Source of the DNA: Thermoanaerobaculia bacterium
GTDB lineage: Bacteria; Acidobacteriota; Thermoanaerobaculia; UBA5066
NCBI GenBank assembly: GCA_038245905.1
Contig: JBBRRY010000001.1
Location: 64,001-128,000 of the forward strand
Reading direction: 5' to 3'
DNA length: 64,000 nucleotides
A model generated the notes under the pieces. The model worked only from the letters and a program-made list of their open reading frames with translations. It did no database searches and was not told the origin of the DNA. The first letter of the stretch is position 1; each line of letters begins with the position of its first letter. Made by a program: the position numbers and the translations under genes. Shown here piece after piece: positions 1 to 8,902 of the stretch.

Positions 1-494
1 TGGTCGTGGACGCGATGGACCTCTCCTCGAACAAGCCCCACATCACGACGTTCGTCATCGGCTCGGGCGATTCCGACTTTTCCCCGCTCGTCTCGAAGCT
101 GAAAGAGAACGACAAGCAGGTGCTGGGCTTCGGCGTGAAGGGCTCGACCTCTGAGCTCCTCATCGACAACTGCGACGAGTTTCTCTACTACGAGGACCTC
201 GTCCGGGAGAAGACGAAGGTCCCGTCGCTTGCGGGCCTGCCCGAGAAGACGGCGGAGGTCTTCTCGCTTCTCATCGACTCGCTTCTCGCGTTGAAGCGCG
301 AAAACAAGGAAGTCCTCTGGGGCTCGATGGTCAAGCAGACCATGCAGCGGAAGAACCCGTCCTTCAACGAGAGCTATTACGGCTTCCGCGCATTTTCCGA
401 TCTGCTGGAGGCAGCGGAGAAGCAGAGCCTCATCTCGCTGAAGCGCGACGGGAAGAGCGGCACGTACATCATCACCGGCTTCGGCAACGCCTGA
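1..494 (+). CDS. NYN domain protein with C-terminal OST-HTH/LOTUS-like domain (5' truncated by window)
   Basis: SGDSDFSPLV...GFGV...CDEF NYN motifs; C-terminal FNESYYGFRAFSDLLE. Confidence 0.85.
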   Translation, partial: VVDAMDLSSNKPHITTFVIGSGDSDFSPLVSKLKENDKQVLGFGVKGSTSELLIDNCDEFLYYEDLVREKTKVPSLAGLPEKTAEVFSLLIDSLLALKRENKEVLWGSMVKQTMQRKNPSFNESYYGFRAFSDLLEAAEKQSLISLKRDGKSGTYIITGFGNA

Positions 495-513
495 CGCGTC
501 CGAAGAGCACGAA

Positions 514-604
514 GAAGATTTCTTTGAATGGTTAAGAGGGGAGCCGGGCCTGGCGTCTGGCCGCCTCTTTCTTCGCGCGCGCTCGGCGCCTTCAAGATTT
601 TTTC
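514..604. repeat. convergent motif pair A (reverse copy weak)
   Basis: fwd GAAGATTTCTTTGAATGG 514-531; rev about 589-604 reads GAAAAAATCTTGAAGG. Confidence 0.5.
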
Positions 605-1085
605 GATCCGGCGCGAGCGTTTCCGCTCGCCGCGTACGGGCAAGCCCCACGACTTCTACGTGCTCGACTGTCCCGACTGGGTGAACGTGATCGCGCTGAC
701 CGACCGGAACGAGGTGGTCCTGGTGCGGCAGTTTCGGGCCGGAACCCGCTCCGTCACTCTCGAGATCCCGGGGGGCGGCGTGGAGGCGCGCGACGGTTCG
801 GCCCTCGTCGCGGCCCGGCGCGAGCTGCGGGAGGAGACGGGACACGGGGCGCGACATTGGAAACGCCTCGGGGTCGTGCATCCGAACCCGGCTTTCCAGT
901 CGAACCGCTGCACCACCTACCTCGCTCGGGGTTGCCGGCGCGTGGGAGATCTCATCCCGGACGCCGGCGAAGACCTCGCCGTGGAATGCGTGCCGCTCGA
1001 GCAGATTCCGGGCCTGATCCGGAGAGGCCGCATCACGCACTCCCTCGTCATCGCCGCTTTCCATTTTCTTTCGCTTCGAAGTTGA
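528..1085 (+). CDS. NUDIX hydrolase (ADP-ribose pyrophosphatase-like)
   Basis: Nudix box EIPGGGVE...AARRELREETG. Confidence 0.9.
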   Translation: MVKRGAGPGVWPPLSSRALGAFKIFSIRRERFRSPRTGKPHDFYVLDCPDWVNVIALTDRNEVVLVRQFRAGTRSVTLEIPGGGVEARDGSALVAARRELREETGHGARHWKRLGVVHPNPAFQSNRCTTYLARGCRRVGDLIPDAGEDLAVECVPLEQIPGLIRRGRITHSLVIAAFHFLSLRS

Positions 1086-1173
1086 GGAGTCCCTATTCTC
1101 CTTTTCTAATCAATATTCTCCGAATCGCATAGTCTGCCCATTACGTCACGGGCTCGCGTCGGGCGGCTGTGCC

Positions 1174-1190
1174 CGGCACGAACCGTGAAA
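1174..1190 (+). promoter_or_regulatory. possible sigma54 (-24/-12) promoter, imperfect
   Basis: CGGCACG-AACC-GTGAA, with GA instead of GC at -12; about 50 nt upstream of a cluster encoding a sigma54-type activator. Confidence 0.25.
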
Positions 1191-1234
1191 TGCCTCTGGC
1201 GGGCGCGAACAAACACTCGCGCCGGGAGGTTCAC

Positions 1235-2758
1235 ATGGTCCGCCACTACGTCGCCCCGATCCTCAGGCTCCTCGCGTTCCTCGGCCTGCTCGCCTCGCCC
1301 CTCGTTCTCGCGGTGATCGCCCGCGCCGAGGAGTCTGATGCAAGGTCCCTTGTGGCTCTCCGATCGGTCATCCTCGGCGAGACGCCGGCCGACCGGTCCG
1401 GACGCGGCGGGCGAGTCGCCGCGAGCGCGCCCGCGACGCTCCTCGAGCGCAGTGGCGGCCGTGTCCTCGTGGCCGCGCCCTCCCGTGGTTCCTCGGCCCA
1501 GGCGCGCGGCTGGGCCGACTCCTCGGCCTTCTTCGTCCTCGACGATCCGTTGGAGCCGATCGAGCGTCTCCTTGGGAACGCGCGACTTCTCCTCGATGCG
1601 AACGACCGGCCGGTCCTTGCGGCCGCCTACCTGCACGAAGTCACGCGGCGCGACGCCTCGCGCGTCGAGGGCTGGGAGCTCCTGGGCCAAGCGGGCGAGC
1701 TGCTCGCGCAGTCGGCCCGTCCCGGCGAGGACGGGCGCCCGCCGGCTTCCGTGGTGCTCGCGGGAGCGTGGGGGATCACGCTCGTACCGAAAGGCGACGG
1801 CACCGGCTACCGATATGACGGCACGGCCTATCGGCGCCTGATCGCGCTCGCGCCTCCGGCCGAGGCGGCCGAGCGGGCCCGCGTGCGGCTCCTCCTGGCC
1901 TGCGGCCCCGTCGTGGATCCCGAGCGGCCGGGTGATGTCGCGACCGCCGTGCTCCGCGAGCGGGATCTCGGCGAGTTCCTCTCCTCGTTCCCGTCGTCGG
2001 CGCGCCGCGTGCCGTTCCTGCTCGAGCGCGCGCGGCTCCTGTCCTGGCTGGCGGAAGGTGCCGCCCGCCGAGGGGACCTCGAGGTGTTTGCCGGTTACCG
2101 CGACGGGGCGATCGAGGCCGCCTCGGAGGTTGCGGCCACGACGCCAGACCTGTCGCGCCGCCGCGCTGCCGACCGTCTCGTCGCGAGGCTCACGAAATCG
2201 TTGCCCCGAAAGGTCGTCTCGGATAAGCCTGTCGTTTCCGCATCGGGAATGCGCGCGCAGTTCGTGGCGAAGGGCGGCGTGACGCTGCTCGTCGTCTCGC
2301 GCCCGGACGGCAAGGACGCGATCCAGCCGTACACGGTCGTTGGCGCGGACCCGGCGAGCCTCGCCTTCGACACGGCAGGCCGGAAACTCGTCTGGGACGA
2401 GGCGCCCACCGCCGGCCGGCGAAGGACGCGGCTCCTGGATCTCGTGCGCGCGAGCGTCGTGGAACCGGCGGCCTCCGCGGAGCCCGAGCTCCTGTCGGCC
2501 GGGACGGCAACGGCCTCGAGCGGGCCGCTGCGGGGCGAAGACCGCTACACGACGTCCCTCGGCTTCTCGCCGGACGGACGCCTGCTCCTCGTCGTCTGCG
2601 AGGGATTCACGCCCGACGGCATCCGGATCCCGAAGCGGCACGTTCTCTGCGACACGGACGGCGGTCGCCGGCCGGTCCTCGTCGACCGCCCGTACTCGGC
2701 GCCGGGTGTCGTGGACTGGAATCGGCTCCAGCATGCGACCGAACGGCTGAGCGGATAA
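1235..2758 (+). CDS. exported hypothetical protein (helical N-half, beta-rich/propeller-like C-half)
   Basis: GGAGG RBS before ATG 1235; hydrophobic signal peptide; C-terminal LAFDTAGRKL and GFSPDGRLL repeats. Confidence 0.6.
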   Translation: MVRHYVAPILRLLAFLGLLASPLVLAVIARAEESDARSLVALRSVILGETPADRSGRGGRVAASAPATLLERSGGRVLVAAPSRGSSAQARGWADSSAFFVLDDPLEPIERLLGNARLLLDANDRPVLAAAYLHEVTRRDASRVEGWELLGQAGELLAQSARPGEDGRPPASVVLAGAWGITLVPKGDGTGYRYDGTAYRRLIALAPPAEAAERARVRLLLACGPVVDPERPGDVATAVLRERDLGEFLSSFPSSARRVPFLLERARLLSWLAEGAARRGDLEVFAGYRDGAIEAASEVAATTPDLSRRRAADRLVARLTKSLPRKVVSDKPVVSASGMRAQFVAKGGVTLLVVSRPDGKDAIQPYTVVGADPASLAFDTAGRKLVWDEAPTAGRRRTRLLDLVRASVVEPAASAEPELLSAGTATASSGPLRGEDRYTTSLGFSPDGRLLLVVCEGFTPDGIRIPKRHVLCDTDGGRRPVLVDRPYSAPGVVDWNRLQHATERLSG

Positions 2759-2767
2759 TCGCGGGCG

Positions 2768-3241
2768 ATGACGAATTCCCGTCCAAACATGGAAGACCGG
2801 AGGCTGCGGAGGAAATCCGCAGCCTTCCGGTTGAAGCACGACGTTGGGAAGGCGCTCCGCTGGAGCGCGCCTGAGGCTCAGGAGACGAACGCGGAAGAGC
2901 TGTGCGCCCGGCTGACGCGGGATCTGCTCTCGAGTGCGAGCGGTGGCGGAGCGAGTCGTGACGTTCTGGAAAGTTTCTTAGAGTGGAAGAGGGAAGAGGG
3001 GCCGATATTCGCAAGCGATGATCCCGACCTGGAAACGGTCGAGCGGGCCATGGCGGCGGTGAGCCGCCTCGTCCCAAGTCTTCTTACTTTCAAAGAATCC
3101 GAAAGCAAATCCTTCCTTCTTTCTCTCGACGAGGCCTGTCTCGAGGCGTCGCGAGCCTGCACGGCGTTCTACCGGCGCATTGCCGTCGAGGACGGCCCCG
3201 AGATCGTGAGGCGGCGCGGCGAGCTTGCTGGTGACGCGTGA
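2768..3241 (+). CDS. small helical hypothetical protein with H-box-like LKHDVGK motif
   Basis: 157-aa ORF, stop overlaps next start (GTGA); His motif resembles a DHp H-box. Confidence 0.55.
   Translation: MTNSRPNMEDRRLRRKSAAFRLKHDVGKALRWSAPEAQETNAEELCARLTRDLLSSASGGGASRDVLESFLEWKREEGPIFASDDPDLETVERAMAAVSRLVPSLLTFKESESKSFLLSLDEACLEASRACTAFYRRIAVEDGPEIVRRRGELAGDA
2969..3100. repeat. convergent motif pair B
   Basis: fwd GAAAGTTTCTTAGAGTGG 2969-2986; rev 3086-3100 reads GGATTCTTTGAAAGT. Confidence 0.7.
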
Positions 3242-4884
3242 AGGGCGGCCCGCGGGTCCTTGTCGTCGACGACCAGCCGAAGACCGCCGATTTTCTCCGC
3301 CGCCACGCGCCGGATCTCGTCCTCATCGGCCCGTCCGCGGAAAAGCCCTGGGCGGGAAGCTGGGTCGAGGCCGAGGCGGCGATGACGCGCGCCGGAAAGC
3401 TCCCCGATCTCGTCGTGCTCGATCTTCGATTCGACATCCCGGACGAGGAGCTTCTGCCCGACCGGCGGCCGCTCGGCGAGACGGCGGCGGGGAAGCGCGA
3501 CCGGCGGGACCGGCGGGACCGGCAGGGTCTTTTCATCCTCGAGCGCCTGCGCCGCCGCGAGCCCGACCTTCCGGTCCTTCTCACGACCGCGCACGAGGAA
3601 ATTCCCTTCGAGGACGAGGCCCGGCGGCTGCGCGCCGACGCCTTCACGTACACGGTCGGAGAGGACGAGGCGACGGGAGAGGGCCTCGTGCGGCTCGTGC
3701 GCCGCGTGCTCGACGAGCGCGAGTCGCCGCTTTCGACGGGGCGGTTCTTCTGGGGCCGCAGCGCCGCCATGCGCGACCTGCGCCGCCGGATCGCTTCTCT
3801 CGCGCCCACTCCTCTTCCGCTCCTCCTCACGGGGCCGACCGGCTCTGGCAAAAACTTTCTCGTTAAGGAAGTCATCCACCCGCTTTCGTCCCGCAAGGGC
3901 CCGCTCGTCTCCTTCGATTGCGCGACCGTGCCTGAGACGCTCCTTCAGGCGGCGCTCTTCGGCTCGGTGCGCGGCGCGTACACGGGCTCGGTCGCGGATC
4001 GGCCGGGGGTCTTCGAGGCGGCGGCGGGAGGCACACTCTTCATCGACGAGATCGAGAACCTCTCCGGCGATGCGCAGAAGGCTCTCCTGACGGCACTGAA
4101 CGACGGCGTCGTGAGGCGCGTGGGGGCGACGGCGGCTGTGCCCCACACGGCGCGCATCGTGGCGGCCTCCAACATGGACCTCAAGAAGCGCGTGACGGAA
4201 GGTCTCTTCCGGGCGGATCTCCTCATGCGGCTCAACCCGGCGCTCGCCCTGGAGCTGCCGCCGCTCGCGACGCGGCGCGAGGACCTCGAGGATCTCGCGG
4301 ACGACTTCGCCGCGGCGTTCTTCGAGGACCCGGCGAATCGGCTGGAGATCGCGGCGCAGATGCGCGCCGCGGGAGGATCCGAGCCGGACCGGACGGACAC
4401 GTTCGAGCTCGCGCGCGGCGACGACGAGGTGGCGCGCAGCCGGGCGCCCGTGGTATTCGCGCTTCCTCGCAAGGGATGGCAGGCGATCGCGCGCCACCCG
4501 TGGCCCGGCAACGTGCGGCAGTTCGCGATGGTCCTCGCGGACCTGCTCGCGGCCACTCTGTACGGCCGCACGGCCGCCGCGAAGGACCGGAGCGGCCGCG
4601 TCGTGTTCTCGATCGACCCGCGCCTCCTGTTCGATCTCCTGGCCGAGGCCCGTCAGGAGGACGCGCCCGCCGCCGTTGACTCCTTCGTGCTCGCGCGGCC
4701 CCGGGTGGGAAGCGTCGAGGAGTTCCGACGCGAGCTCGAGCGTTCCGCGTTTCGCCAGATCTTCCACGAGTGCGAGGGAGACTTCGCTCGAATGGCGGAG
4801 AGAATGACCGGCTCGGCCGCGAACGAACGAGCCGTGCGCCTGCGATTCAACAAGCTGGGCCTCTCGGCGCGGCGCGAGGCGTGA
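3238..4884 (+). CDS. sigma54-interacting AAA+ transcriptional regulator with atypical REC domain
   Basis: VLVVDD REC start; Walker A GPTGSGK; GAYTGS loop; GGTLFIDEI; FRADL; WPGNVRQ. Confidence 0.88.
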   Translation: MKGGPRVLVVDDQPKTADFLRRHAPDLVLIGPSAEKPWAGSWVEAEAAMTRAGKLPDLVVLDLRFDIPDEELLPDRRPLGETAAGKRDRRDRRDRQGLFILERLRRREPDLPVLLTTAHEEIPFEDEARRLRADAFTYTVGEDEATGEGLVRLVRRVLDERESPLSTGRFFWGRSAAMRDLRRRIASLAPTPLPLLLTGPTGSGKNFLVKEVIHPLSSRKGPLVSFDCATVPETLLQAALFGSVRGAYTGSVADRPGVFEAAAGGTLFIDEIENLSGDAQKALLTALNDGVVRRVGATAAVPHTARIVAASNMDLKKRVTEGLFRADLLMRLNPALALELPPLATRREDLEDLADDFAAAFFEDPANRLEIAAQMRAAGGSEPDRTDTFELARGDDEVARSRAPVVFALPRKGWQAIARHPWPGNVRQFAMVLADLLAATLYGRTAAAKDRSGRVVFSIDPRLLFDLLAEARQEDAPAAVDSFVLARPRVGSVEEFRRELERSAFRQIFHECEGDFARMAERMTGSAANERAVRLRFNKLGLSARREA

Positions 4885-4886
4885 GC

Positions 4887-7337
4887 ATGTGGCAGGCAAT
4901 CCTGCCGCTCGTTCCATTCCTCCTGGCCACTGGCACCGCGACCTCGCCGGAGCCGTGCGACGACGCATTCTCGTCGCGAGACCTCGTCCGCCGGGCGCGG
5001 CTTGAGTCCCCCTCGCTTCCACTCGTGCTCCGGGGGGCGGACTTCGCGGCAGCCGCGGGAGATACGGACGACGAAGCCCGCCTTCTCGAGATCGCCGCGA
5101 AGGAAGCCCCCGAGCTCCTCTCGGCGGTGGATCGCCTCGTGCTGGCGCGGCAAGCGGAAGCGCGCGGGGACCGACGCGGCGCGATCCTCCAGTACGGGCA
5201 CGTGCTGACGGCGTTGCAGCGGCGCGGACTCGCCGGCGCGGAATGGGTGGGGGAGTCCATACGCCGGCTCGATGCCGAGGACGAGGCTCGGAAGCTCCCG
5301 GCCAGGCCCGGCTTCGCGCCTCCCTCCGCGGAAGCACGGCGCGCGTTTTCCGAGGGGAAGGCTGGACTCCGGCGCGGCACGAACACGTCCAACGCTTCCG
5401 CCCGCGAGGCCTTCAAGACGGCGCTCCGGATCTCACCGGGCTACTCGGAGGCCGCCCTCGCGCTCGGAAGCGTCGAGGAACGGGACGGGCGCACGGCCGA
5501 GGCCGCCGCCGCGTACCGGACGGCCCTGGCCGCCGACCCGGACGGCTTCGAGGCGCTCACGGCGCTCGCGAATCTGCTCTGGAACGAACCGGATCGCGCT
5601 GCCAAGGAAGAATCCCTGGCGCTGCTCGACCGCGCGCTGGCGCTACGGCCGGACCTCTTGCGCCTCCACCGCGAGGCCGCAAACCGGTGGGCGGCGTGGG
5701 GTGATCCGGCCCGTGCGCTCGAGCGTCTCGACGCCTGGTGGCCGCTTGCCTCCCCGGAGGAACGGACGGCGGCCGCCCCCTTTCGCGAACGCTTGCGCGC
5801 GCGGCTGGCACGGACGTTCGGCCCCGAGCCGGCCGATCTCGGGTCGGATCCCGCGTCACCGGCCGTCGGCGCCTTTCGCCTCGCTCAGGTCTATGCAGGC
5901 CGCCCGGCGGAGCGGGACTGGGATGCCGCGGAAGGCGAGCTGCTCGAGGCCGAGCGCCTCGATGCGCGGTTCGTGCCGGCGCTCGAGCTTCGCGCGGCCC
6001 TTCGCGAACGGAAGGGCGACCTCCCGGGCGCGGAGGACGTCCTCCGGCGCGCGGTTGCGGTGGACCCGTCGCGAACGCCCGCGTGGGAGCGCCTCGCCGA
6101 GCTCCTCGGCCGCCAGCCGCGGCGCGCGGAGGACGCCGAGGCGGCCTGGGAGCACGCGGAGCAGGCGGGCTCCCGCGAGGCGCTTTTCGCCCTGGCCCGG
6201 ATCGCATCGGGGCAAGGGCGCACCCTCCGCGCCGCGGCGCTCTATCGGCGCTACGTTTCGGAAGCCGCCGGCGGCGTGCATGCCGAGGAGGCGCGCGCGG
6301 CCCTCGAGCGCGAGGAGCGGCGGCAGCAGACGCTTCGGGGCGCGGGATTCGGGGCCGCGCTGTTCGCGCTGCTCGCGGGAGGCCTCTCCTGGGCGCGGAG
6401 ACGCTCGGGGCTCACGCTCGACGAATGGCTGAGGCGCGACCCGGGCGCCACGCACGACGCGCGGTCCCTTGCGGGCCGGCTTTCACACGAAGCGTTCAAG
6501 CACGGAGGGCTGCTCCTCGGCGAAGCGGTCGAGCGGCTGGACACGCCGGGTGGCCTCGCCGAGGCCGCTCCTCTGCTCCTCGAGCGCTTGTACGGGAGCG
6601 GCGCCACGCCGGGGCTCGTCGACGAGGCGCGAACGGCGCTGGCCGAGATCGAAGCGCTGGCCCGCCGCCGGGGCGCGCGCCTGAACCTGCGCTTCAAGGA
6701 TCCGCTTCTCTCTCCGGTGTTCCGCGCGCTCGACGGTCTCACCCGGGTAGAGCGCGCCTTCGTGCGGCTCGCGGAGACCGGCTTGCTGCCGGCCCGGCGG
6801 ATGGAATCCCTGGCGCGGACGCTCCGCTCGGCGGCCGCGGCTCTGAGCCCGCGCACGGCGCAAAGGCTGACGGCGGGTCTCGACGCGGCGGGCTCCACGG
6901 AAGTCCGGTTCGACCGTCTCGAGGCGCTTCTCGCGAGCGTCGCGCGCGAACGCGATTCTCCGCCGCCCCCCCTTGCGGGCCTCGGTCTGTTCGCGCCGGG
7001 AGGCGGGGGGAGCGTGCGGGTGCGCGTGCCCGAGGGAGACTGGGTCACGCTTTGGCGGAATCTTTTCGCGAACGCGCTCACGGCTCCGCGCCTCGCCCTT
7101 CTCGCCGAGGAGAGGCGGGATCCCGTGACGGGGCAGGCGCTCGCGCGATTCGTGCTTTTCGACGGCGACCCCCGCGTCCTGACGGCGGAGATGATCCGCG
7201 GCCGCGGCGCCGAGAGGGGGCTCGGCGTCGTCGCGGACCTCGTGAGGAAGTGGGACGGCCTCGTGGACGTAACGCCGGGTACGGGTGAGTTCACGAAGGG
7301 CGTGACGCTCGAGTTTGCGTCGGTCGAGGAGCCCTAA
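4887..7337 (+). CDS. TPR-repeat membrane protein with degenerate histidine-kinase module
   Basis: signal peptide, many TPR-like repeats, one TM helix, then LSHEAFKH, LWRNLFANAL, FDGD, RGLGVVADLVRKWDG. Confidence 0.7.
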   Translation: MWQAILPLVPFLLATGTATSPEPCDDAFSSRDLVRRARLESPSLPLVLRGADFAAAAGDTDDEARLLEIAAKEAPELLSAVDRLVLARQAEARGDRRGAILQYGHVLTALQRRGLAGAEWVGESIRRLDAEDEARKLPARPGFAPPSAEARRAFSEGKAGLRRGTNTSNASAREAFKTALRISPGYSEAALALGSVEERDGRTAEAAAAYRTALAADPDGFEALTALANLLWNEPDRAAKEESLALLDRALALRPDLLRLHREAANRWAAWGDPARALERLDAWWPLASPEERTAAAPFRERLRARLARTFGPEPADLGSDPASPAVGAFRLAQVYAGRPAERDWDAAEGELLEAERLDARFVPALELRAALRERKGDLPGAEDVLRRAVAVDPSRTPAWERLAELLGRQPRRAEDAEAAWEHAEQAGSREALFALARIASGQGRTLRAAALYRRYVSEAAGGVHAEEARAALEREERRQQTLRGAGFGAALFALLAGGLSWARRRSGLTLDEWLRRDPGATHDARSLAGRLSHEAFKHGGLLLGEAVERLDTPGGLAEAAPLLLERLYGSGATPGLVDEARTALAEIEALARRRGARLNLRFKDPLLSPVFRALDGLTRVERAFVRLAETGLLPARRMESLARTLRSAAAALSPRTAQRLTAGLDAAGSTEVRFDRLEALLASVARERDSPPPPLAGLGLFAPGGGGSVRVRVPEGDWVTLWRNLFANALTAPRLALLAEERRDPVTGQALARFVLFDGDPRVLTAEMIRGRGAERGLGVVADLVRKWDGLVDVTPGTGEFTKGVTLEFASVEEP

Positions 7338-7816
7338 TGAAGGCGCTCCGGCGGGTCCTTGTCGTGGAGGACGGGTCGGAATACGTGGAAGGGTTCGAAA
7401 GGATCGCTTCCGCGCGCGGGCTGGAGATCGCCTTCTCGCGCGCCCAGGATCTCGAATCGGCTCGCGCCGCGCTGGCGTCCGGCAGCCGCGACGCGCTGTT
7501 TCTCGACGTCGTCTTCGACCGCACGCCCGAGGATCGCCTCGCGGGAGACGCGGAAGCCCTCGTGGCGCGCTTTGGAGGGGACCGCGTCCGCGCCATGCGC
7601 CACCTGGCGACGCACCAGGGCTTCTACGTCCTCGACGCTCTCGCCCCTCTTCTGCCCTGGATTCCAGTTCTCATCGCGTACGACTTCGCCGCGGAGCCAC
7701 AGCGTCTCGAGGCCCTCAGAGGTCGCGTCCGGGGGCTTCGCGGCCTCCCGGACGGCACGTCACTTTCCGCGGTGCTGGACCTTCTCCTCAGATCTCCTGA
7801 AACACGAACCGATTGA
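7337..7816 (+). CDS. single-domain receiver-like protein
   Basis: RRVLVVEDG...ALFLDV...PVLIA REC pattern; coupled to upstream gene (TAATG). Confidence 0.7.
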   Translation: MKALRRVLVVEDGSEYVEGFERIASARGLEIAFSRAQDLESARAALASGSRDALFLDVVFDRTPEDRLAGDAEALVARFGGDRVRAMRHLATHQGFYVLDALAPLLPWIPVLIAYDFAAEPQRLEALRGRVRGLRGLPDGTSLSAVLDLLLRSPETRTD

Positions 7817-8846
7817 GGACCTGAATCCGCTCCGAGGCGTGCTTGGGGTCCATGAGCCAGATCGCCCCCGCGACGGACGAGAGGAGCGAATTGCCGTCCT
7901 GAGGAGTGAAGCAGAAGCCGACGATCTCCTTGCCCTTGTCGGCGATGGCGAGGGTCGGCGTCGAGATGACGGTCTGCGACAGGATGCGTCCGTAGTACCC
8001 GTGATCGCGGCCGAACGAGAAAACTTCGTTCGCGCTCTTTCTCTCCGTGAGCGCGACGAGCGAGTTCTCCTTGAGATGCTCGATCACGGTCCTCTTGTCG
8101 GTGGGCTTCGTGAGCTCGAAGTTGAACCACACCGAGTGCATGTACTGCGTATTCAGCTTCACGGCCGACGAGAACACCTTCGGCTTCAGGTTCAGCGTCT
8201 CGTAGAGATGGAAGACGTCGCGGGCGTGGTGCGTCCCGAATTCCTCGTCGTCGTGCTTGCCGACGGTGGGCGCCGGGCTGTAATCCTTCGTCTGCGAGAT
8301 ATCGTTCGAGCGGCGCATGCAGACGAACTGCGCGCGGTCCATCGTGAGCTTGTCGCCGGCCATGCCGAGCGTCTTGATCAGGATCGCGAGGTTGTGCGTG
8401 TTGCACGACACGATCTCCAGAAATCTGTCTTCTCCGGGAATGAGCGCCGAGTCGTTGATCCCGCGCGCGTACATCTTCCCGAAACCGAACTCCGACCCCT
8501 GCGCGAGGAACCCGCGAGGACCTTTGAGGTGCTTGTAGTACGTCTCCTTGTTCTCGTTCCCCGCCGGCGTGCAGTCGATGACGACCGTCGCGCGTTCCAT
8601 CGCCTCCTGGGCGGTGTAGGAGACTTTGTGGCCGAGCGCTTCGAAGTCGGCGGACTTGTCGTCCTCGGTCGCGAGGTGAGCGCCGCGCGACATGAGGTGG
8701 GCCACCTTCGCCCGCTCGGTCTTCATCGGCGTGCGCTTGTGGAACGTCACTTCGTCGATCCCGAGGTGCTGCTTGAAGTCGGTAAAGAGCCCGATGAGGG
8801 GCTCTCCGATCGTCCCGGTGCCGACAATGTGCACGATGTTCTTCAT
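7788..8846 (-). CDS. archaeal-type (type II) glyceraldehyde-3-phosphate dehydrogenase-like protein
   Basis: N-terminal GTGTIG; DCTP; catalytic-like VSCNTH; GAGGAG RBS; strong codon bias. Confidence 0.7.
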   Translation of the reverse strand: MKNIVHIVGTGTIGEPLIGLFTDFKQHLGIDEVTFHKRTPMKTERAKVAHLMSRGAHLATEDDKSADFEALGHKVSYTAQEAMERATVVIDCTPAGNENKETYYKHLKGPRGFLAQGSEFGFGKMYARGINDSALIPGEDRFLEIVSCNTHNLAILIKTLGMAGDKLTMDRAQFVCMRRSNDISQTKDYSPAPTVGKHDDEEFGTHHARDVFHLYETLNLKPKVFSSAVKLNTQYMHSVWFNFELTKPTDKRTVIEHLKENSLVALTERKSANEVFSFGRDHGYYGRILSQTVISTPTLAIADKGKEIVGFCFTPQDGNSLLSSVAGAIWLMDPKHASERIQVLNRFVFQEI

Positions 8847-8902
8847 GACGCTCTCCTCGCGAAGCCTGAGGCGTAGTGGCCTCGCATGCTAACGTGATTT
8901 CG

